A stretch of DNA of 64,000 nucleotides, from contig CBDATQ010000002.1 in the NCBI GenBank assembly GCA_965199955.1, forward strand, positions 96,001-160,000, given 5' to 3'. The translations under genes and the position numbers were made by a program. The notes under the pieces are model-generated. The model searched no databases. It saw nothing but the letters and a program-made list of their open reading frames with translations, and was not told the DNA's origin. Within the stretch, counting starts at the first letter, position 1. The number at the start of each line of letters is the position of its first letter. This stretch comes from Spirochaetia bacterium. GTDB lineage: Bacteria > Spirochaetota > Spirochaetia > SZUA-6 > Bin103. Shown in pieces: positions 58,349-64,000 of this stretch.

Positions 58349-59629
58349 GTGGTGAGCGTGTACCCGATGGAATGGATACGGAGGTCCGGATCGAGAGGCA
58401 GATCAGGCGGCGCATGTGCTCGTCTCTTGGTCGTGTGCGTGCTGCTGGCGGCCGTCCTGGACCCGGGTCGGGCTTGGGCGGACACCTCCGAGCCGATGAG
58501 AATCGGCCTGCTGCTCGACTACTCCGGCGCTCCCGAGACGTCAGCGGACAGGAAACGCGCCTTCGACCTGGCCATCCGCCACCTGAACGACGGCGGGGGC
58601 GTGCTGGGCCGGCCCGTGCTGGGCGTGACGGCCGACGCCACCCGCCACCCGGATCCGGCGGTACGCGCCGCCCGGCACCTGGTGGAGCAGGAAGGAGTAC
58701 ATGCCGTCGTCGGCCCCAACGCCAGCGCGGCGGCGGTGCCGGTGGTGGAGGTCGTGACGGGGCCGGCCGGCATCCCGACCATCAGTCCGTCGGCGACATC
58801 GCCTGGGCTGACAGATGCGGACGACCACGACTTCTTCTTCCGCACGACCCTTGCCGACACGGCCCAGGGGCCGGTGCTGGCGCGGGTGACGCGGGAGCGC
58901 GGCTTCGACAACGTGGGCCTGATCTACCGCGACGATCCCTACGGACAGGGACTCGCGGACATCTTCGCGGACGCATGGCACGGGACGCTGCGCGCTGTCC
59001 CGGTCGCCGACGACCAGCCGACATACGCTGCCGAGCTGCGGCGCAGCGCCGGCGCCGGGGCTCAGGCGCTGGTGGTCGTCACCTTCGAGGATCAGGCGCT
59101 GTCCATCGTCCGGGAGGCGATCGGCGAGGGCATCTACGCACAGTTCGTCTTCGCCGACGCCGCCAAGAGAGTCCGGCTGGTCACGGAGATCGGAGGCGCC
59201 GCGCTGGGCGGCATGTACGGCACCGCCGGAGCGCCGACTCCCGACAGCGCCGCTGCCGCCGAGTGGGAGCAGTCGTTCGTAGCCGAGCACGGCGGGCTTC
59301 CGGCATTCACCTACGTCAAGGAGACCTACGACGCGACGATAGCCGTGGCCCTGGCCGCTCAGGCCGCCGGGAGCCTGGACGGCGCCGCCATTCGGGACCA
59401 TCTGCGGGCCGTCGGCAGCCCGCCGGGGCAGGTCGTTCCGGGCACGCCCGGCGGTGTGGCCGATGCTCTTCGATTGCTGGCGGAAGGCCGGCAGATCGAC
59501 TACGAAGGGGTTGCCACCACGCTGGACTGGGACGCGAACGGCGACCTGCGGGAAGGCTACATCGGGGTGTGGCGATTCACACCGGACGAAGGCATCAAGG
59601 AGGTCGAGACCGTCTTCTTCCGGTATTAG
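58349..59629 (+). CDS. ABC substrate-binding protein, LivJ type (orphan); start uncertain
   Basis: Hydrophobic signal ending RAWA; IGLLLDYSG, NDGGGVLG, SPSATSP, FFFRT, DWDANGD. Confidence 0.85.
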   Translation: MVSVYPMEWIRRSGSRGRSGGACARLLVVCVLLAAVLDPGRAWADTSEPMRIGLLLDYSGAPETSADRKRAFDLAIRHLNDGGGVLGRPVLGVTADATRHPDPAVRAARHLVEQEGVHAVVGPNASAAAVPVVEVVTGPAGIPTISPSATSPGLTDADDHDFFFRTTLADTAQGPVLARVTRERGFDNVGLIYRDDPYGQGLADIFADAWHGTLRAVPVADDQPTYAAELRRSAGAGAQALVVVTFEDQALSIVREAIGEGIYAQFVFADAAKRVRLVTEIGGAALGGMYGTAGAPTPDSAAAAEWEQSFVAEHGGLPAFTYVKETYDATIAVALAAQAAGSLDGAAIRDHLRAVGSPPGQVVPGTPGGVADALRLLAEGRQIDYEGVATTLDWDANGDLREGYIGVWRFTPDEGIKEVETVFFRY

Positions 59630-59720
59630 ACATCCGGGCGGGAAGGAATTCCGAAGGGATGCCGAGGGTCCGGTCGTTCTCGATGTCATCGACGAAAAAG
59701 ACGACGACGTTCGGCTTCAT
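59595..59720 (-). pseudogene. N-terminal stub of a sulfatase
   Basis: ATG 3 nt after the OppF stop gives MKPNVVVFFVDD, then unrelated sequence and a stop after 41 aa. Confidence 0.55.
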
Positions 59721-59723
59721 CGC

Positions 59724-60785
59724 TCACGCTCCGTTGGGCGGCGGTTCATGGCCACCGGCGGCGAACGGCTTTCCCTGCAGATCGAGCTCCTGTGCCCGCA
59801 GACACGCGGTGGCGTGACCGGGGCCGAGCTCAACCAGCTCCGGGGGATCGGCCTTACAGCGATCCTCGGCGTACAGGCAGCGCGGGTGGAACGGACATCC
59901 CGGCGGCGGATTGGCCGGACTCGGTACGTCGCCGCGCAGGACGATGCGGTCCTCCTCCGCCGTGGGATCCATCTCCGGGAGCGCCGACAGCAGCGCTTCC
60001 GTATACGGATGGCGGGGGTGGCGGAACACGTCTTCCGCTTCGCCGGTCTCCACGATCTTGCCCAGGTACATGACGGCGACCCGATCGCTGATGTACCGCA
60101 CCACGCTCAGGTCGTGCGCGATGAACAGGTAGCTCAGCTCGAACCGGACCTGAAGATCGATCAGCAGGTTCAGGATCTGAGCCTGCACCGACACGTCCAG
60201 GGCCGAGACCGGCTCGTCCGCGACCACGAGCCGCGGCCCGGGAGCCAGTGCCCTGGCGATCCCGATTCTCTGTCTCTGCCCTCCGCTGAATTCGTGCGGG
60301 AACCGGTCCGCGTACTGGGCGCGCAGGCCGACGACCTCCAGCAGCCGGCCGACCTCGCGGCGCAACTCCTTCCCCTTCATGCCGCGCTGCACGATGAGCG
60401 GCTCCCCGACGATCTCCGTAACCCGCATCCAGGGATTCAGGGAAGAGAAGGGGTCCTGGAACACAATCTGGACGCCGCGCCGAAACTCGAGCATCTCCAG
60501 GTGCGTCAAGCTCCAGACGTCCATGTTCTGCCCGTCCGCATGAAAGACGACGCGCCCTGCCGTCGGCTCGTACAATCCCGCGATCATCCGGCCGGTTGTG
60601 GTCTTGCCGCAGCCGCTCTCACCGACCAGGCCCAGGGTCTCGCCCTTCCGCACGGCGAAGCTCACGCCGTCCACGGCCCGTACCTGGCCGACGGTCCTGC
60701 GAAACAGGCCCTTCTCGATCGGGAAGTGCTTCTTCAGTCCTTCGACGGACAACAGGCGCCGCGCGTCACCGTCCGCCTGACTCAT
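59724..60785 (-). CDS. Oligopeptide-type ABC ATPase (OppF-like)
   Basis: [33 protein letters not shown]. Confidence 0.92.
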   Translation of the reverse strand: MSQADGDARRLLSVEGLKKHFPIEKGLFRRTVGQVRAVDGVSFAVRKGETLGLVGESGCGKTTTGRMIAGLYEPTAGRVVFHADGQNMDVWSLTHLEMLEFRRGVQIVFQDPFSSLNPWMRVTEIVGEPLIVQRGMKGKELRREVGRLLEVVGLRAQYADRFPHEFSGGQRQRIGIARALAPGPRLVVADEPVSALDVSVQAQILNLLIDLQVRFELSYLFIAHDLSVVRYISDRVAVMYLGKIVETGEAEDVFRHPRHPYTEALLSALPEMDPTAEEDRIVLRGDVPSPANPPPGCPFHPRCLYAEDRCKADPPELVELGPGHATACLRAQELDLQGKPFAAGGHEPPPNGA

Positions 60786-60803
60786 GCATCCTGCTCCGGC
60801 CGG

Positions 60804-61943
60804 CTACGTGGCGAACGGGTCGACGGCATCGCGAATCGCATCCCCGAGGAAGTTGAAGCAGAGCACGGTGACGGTGATCATCAGTCCGGGAATCGTCAGC
60901 CAGACGTGGCGCACGATGGCGTGAATGCTCGTCGCGTCCTTGATCAACACGCCCCAGCTCGTCATCGGCGGCGTCACCCCCACGCCCAGATAGCTCAGGG
61001 CGCTCTCGCCGAGAATGATGCCCGGTATCGACAGCGTGGCGACAACGATGGTGTGGCTGAGGCAGCCGGGCACCAGGTGCCTGGTGATGATGCGCCAGTT
61101 GCGGGCTCCTGCCGCGCGGGCGGCAAGGACGTACTCCTCCCCGCGGTACGCCAGGACCTTTCCCCGTACGACCCGGGCCAGCCCTCCCCAGCCGATGAAG
61201 GAGAGGATCGCCACGATCGTGAGATAGACGTAGTTGGACGGCCAGGTAGGGGGAATCGCGGCCGACAGCGCCAGCCACAGCGGGATGTGTGGAAACGACA
61301 GCAACAGCTCGATGAAGCGCTGGATGACGTCGTCGATCACGCCGCCGAAGTAGCCCGACGCGACGCCGAGGATCAGGCCCAACACCACGGTTATGAAGGT
61401 TCCGACCAACGGAACCGAGAGGCTGACCTGCGCCGCCGTGAGGATGCGCGACAGCAGGTCCCTGCCGAGCACGTCGGTACCCAGCAGGAAGAGGGTGCCG
61501 CCTTCCTCGATGCCGATGAACCGCACCCGGGCCGGGATCACGAACAGGACCCGGTACGGCTCACCGCGAACGAAGAAGCGGACCCGATAGCGTGTCGACC
61601 GGTCCTCATGATAGTTGAGCGCCAGGGTCTCCGGATCCATCTGCCGCTTGTACGCGTAGGTAAAAGGAGCCGTAAGCCTGCCGTCGGCGTCGAGCACCCG
61701 GATGCGCTGCGGCGGAGCGAACTTGACCTTGCCGTGGAACTCGTCGAACGGGTAGGGACTGAAGAACGGCGCGAAGACGGCCACCGTGTAGAGGACGATC
61801 AGGATGATGCCGCTGATCACGCCCAGGCGGTTCTTCCGAAAGCGGCGCCAGATGGGCAGCCAGAACCCCGATGCGAGCCCGGCGTCGAGGTCGACCGTGG
61901 GGTGCGGGGCCGGACTCTCCGGCACTCCTGCTTCCTGACTCAT
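60804..61943 (-). CDS. ABC permease (OppC-like)
   Basis: LGTDVLGRDLLSR, ESALSYLG, GDAIRDAVDP. Confidence 0.92.
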   Translation of the reverse strand: MSQEAGVPESPAPHPTVDLDAGLASGFWLPIWRRFRKNRLGVISGIILIVLYTVAVFAPFFSPYPFDEFHGKVKFAPPQRIRVLDADGRLTAPFTYAYKRQMDPETLALNYHEDRSTRYRVRFFVRGEPYRVLFVIPARVRFIGIEEGGTLFLLGTDVLGRDLLSRILTAAQVSLSVPLVGTFITVVLGLILGVASGYFGGVIDDVIQRFIELLLSFPHIPLWLALSAAIPPTWPSNYVYLTIVAILSFIGWGGLARVVRGKVLAYRGEEYVLAARAAGARNWRIITRHLVPGCLSHTIVVATLSIPGIILGESALSYLGVGVTPPMTSWGVLIKDATSIHAIVRHVWLTIPGLMITVTVLCFNFLGDAIRDAVDPFAT

Positions 61944-61974
61944 GGCTTCTCCATCAACGCCGGGCCGGGGCCAC

Positions 61975-62964
61975 CTACTCCAGCCGAATGCGAGGATCCA
62001 GCCACGTAAGAGCGATGTCGGCCATCAGGTTTCCGAGGAGCAGAAAGATGGCATAGAACTGCAGGATGCTCGCAGACAGGTAGATATCCTCCGCCAGCAG
62101 CGCTTCGAACAGCAGCGGACCGGCGGTAGGCAGGTTGAGCACGATGGCGGTGATCGTCTCTCCCGAAAGCAGTATCGGCAACGACATGCCCAGGCCGCTG
62201 ACGAACGGGTTGAAGGCGATTCTCACGGCGTGGCGGCGGACGACGATCCGCTCCTTCAATCCCTTGGAGCGCGCGGTGGTGACGTAGGGTTGTCCGAGCA
62301 TGTCGAGCAGGTTGCCTCTCATGACGCGGATGGTGCCGGCCGTTCCGGCCGTGCCGATCACGACGATGGGAATCCAAAGGTTCTTTGCCAGATCCAGGGC
62401 CTTCGCAAGGCTCCATGGCGCCTCCTCGTACGCGCGCGAAAAGAGCATGCCGACCGGCTGATCGATTACGAACACGGCGAATATCATCAGGACCAGAGCC
62501 AGAAAGAAATTCGGAATCGACAGTCCCAGGAAGCCGACGAACGTTGCGGCGTGGTCGCCGATCGTGTTCTTGTGCGTCGCTCCATAGATCCCGATGGGAA
62601 TGCCGATCAGCCAGGTGAACACCAGACTGCCGGCAGATATCCCAAAGCTGAGTGCCAGGCGGTCGCCGAGCAGCGTCGCGACGGGCCGTCCGTGAAGGAG
62701 GGAGTGGCCCATGTCGCCGGTGAGGAAGTTCCGAATCCATATGAAGTACTGAATCCACTTCGGCCGGTCCAGGCCGTGCAGCCGCCGGAAATTCTCGGCG
62801 AACTCCCGTGCGTACTCATCCCTCATTCCTCCCCCGGACATCTGCGCCATGAGGTGGGTGATGAAGTCGCCGGGCGCGAGCTGAATGATGATGAAGATCA
62901 CCAGCGACATCAGCAGAAAGGAGATGACCATGGTGAACAGCCGACGGATGAGGAAGACGGTCAT
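61975..62964 (-). CDS. ABC permease (OppB-like)
   Basis: LAPGDF, HGLDRP, TARSKG, LDPRIRL. Confidence 0.92.
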   Translation of the reverse strand: MTVFLIRRLFTMVISFLLMSLVIFIIIQLAPGDFITHLMAQMSGGGMRDEYAREFAENFRRLHGLDRPKWIQYFIWIRNFLTGDMGHSLLHGRPVATLLGDRLALSFGISAGSLVFTWLIGIPIGIYGATHKNTIGDHAATFVGFLGLSIPNFFLALVLMIFAVFVIDQPVGMLFSRAYEEAPWSLAKALDLAKNLWIPIVVIGTAGTAGTIRVMRGNLLDMLGQPYVTTARSKGLKERIVVRRHAVRIAFNPFVSGLGMSLPILLSGETITAIVLNLPTAGPLLFEALLAEDIYLSASILQFYAIFLLLGNLMADIALTWLDPRIRLE

Positions 62965-62988
62965 GTCAGAGAGTGGCTAGGCCGGAGA

Positions 62989-63022
62989 GCTTGGGGAGAG
63001 ACGCTCCGGTCTCTCCCCAAGC
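62989..63022 (-). other. Intergenic hairpin after the SBP gene
   Basis: GCTTGGGGAGAGAC-gctccg-GTCTCTCCCCAAGC, a 14-bp perfect stem. Confidence 0.65.
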
Positions 63023-63053
63023 GATGACGTGCAACAGACGCCGTTGGAAGACG

Positions 63054-64000
63054 TCAGGACTTGATGTAGAACTGCTCCGGATGAGCTGACGACTCGCCCT
63101 TGAGATTGATGCCGGTCGACGGCACGTTCCCCATCCTGTTGTGGACGACGAAAGGCACGGGAAAGCCCGACGTAACCGCGATTTCCGGGGTGACCTCGGT
63201 GGCGACGTACGTCAGGAACTCCTTGAGCTTCTGCGTGTATCTTTCCGGATCCTGCTGACCCAGAAACTCCTGCTCCATCTCCCAGGCTTTCAGGTACTCA
63301 GGCGGCGGATCGTCCAGCCGGCTGCCCATGTGCGTCTCCGGGTTGAAGGCGTTGCCCAGGAACACGTACGGCAGGAAGACCTGCATGGATGGCCCCCAGT
63401 TGGAGTACATCTGCACCTCGCCGGACGTCCGGTTCTCGAAGATGACGGATGCCTGCACGACCTCCATCCTCACGTCGAGGCCGATGTCCTGCCAGTACTT
63501 CACGGCCATCTCTCCCAGCGGCAGGTTGGGCCGCAGGTTGCTGGCGTTGTTGAGGATGATGGTGACCTTGTCGCCCTCCGGATACTCGACGAACCCGTCT
63601 CCATCGCTGTCCTTCAAGCCCAGCCCTGCCAGCAGCTCTCGTGCGCGGTCAGGCTCGTAGCCGCCCCACATCTCCATCGCCGGATCGTGGAAGAACGACT
63701 CGGAGCTCAGGGTCGTGCCGGACGCTTCGGCGAGTCCGAAGTACAGGGTGTCGTTCACTTCCTCGCGGTTTATCGCCAGGGACATCGCCCGCCGGAAGTC
63801 CACCTCACGCACATACTTCGCGAGCTGCGGATTTCCCTCCGGCTCGATGTTCAACAGGTAGTAGCCTTGCGAAGCTCCGCCCTTCCAGATGCTCACCTTG
63901 TAGTCGCCACGCTCCTCGTTCTCCTTGAGGACCTGGTAGCCTGAGAGATCGGTGTAGTGCGTGGACTGGACGTCGACCTCGCCGCGGAACGTGCTGAGCA
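63054..64000 (-). CDS. ABC substrate-binding protein, family 5; 5' end beyond window
   Basis: FRRAMSLAINREE, KDSDGDG, PEQFY. The frame stays open upstream of the listed start (KENEERGDYKV). Confidence 0.88.
   Translation of the reverse strand, partial: LSTFRGEVDVQSTHYTDLSGYQVLKENEERGDYKVSIWKGGASQGYYLLNIEPEGNPQLAKYVREVDFRRAMSLAINREEVNDTLYFGLAEASGTTLSSESFFHDPAMEMWGGYEPDRARELLAGLGLKDSDGDGFVEYPEGDKVTIILNNASNLRPNLPLGEMAVKYWQDIGLDVRMEVVQASVIFENRTSGEVQMYSNWGPSMQVFLPYVFLGNAFNPETHMGSRLDDPPPEYLKAWEMEQEFLGQQDPERYTQKLKEFLTYVATEVTPEIAVTSGFPVPFVVHNRMGNVPSTGINLKGESSAHPEQFYIKS

Overview
GC-rich bacterial accessory region made almost entirely of transport, catabolism and defence genes. No rRNA, tRNA, CRISPR array or intact transposase was recognised. 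The gene mix (many family-5 ABC binding proteins, PhyH dioxygenases, sialidase-like propellers, sulfatase, a repeat surface protein) resembles marine sponge-associated symbionts such as uncultured Spirochaetaceae; this is inference only. From left to right: (1) a secreted minus-strand tandem-repeat protein running off the left edge, missed by the ORF track, with one hypervariable Trp-centred loop per ~124-aa repeat; (2) an asparaginase-2 family gene, an orphan Opp/Dpp permease pair and an oligogalacturonate-lyase-like gene; (3) a compositionally distinct island with an XRE-cupin regulator, a full Dpp ABC system, hydantoinase/oxoprolinase A, two B subunits and a racemase relic; (4) an orphan SBP and a frameshifted C45 Ntn-hydrolase; (5) fused relics of hsdM, a DEAD/DEAH helicase and an HTH antitoxin; (6) a long minus-strand run (SelA-like PLP enzyme, beta-propeller, Gfo/Idh/MocA, alpha-hydroxy acid oxidase, two PhyH, cupin, SDR, PhyH fragment, GH5-cupin fusion, SBP); (7) a Zn-dehydrogenase, HPRT-like gene, ABC-ATPase/DUF4276-like pair, Hyi and an AAA-PD-(D/E)XK gene; (8) an Opp-type ABC system with three sialidase-like proteins, a beta-helix protein and a sulfatase; (9) a toxin-antitoxin mini-island (AbiE pair with a palindromic operator, aspartic protease, RES toxin with a broken antitoxin); (10) an SBP and another Opp-type operon running off the right edge. 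Most long ORFs in the track are antisense shadows of real genes. All family assignments come from motif recognition, not database searches.
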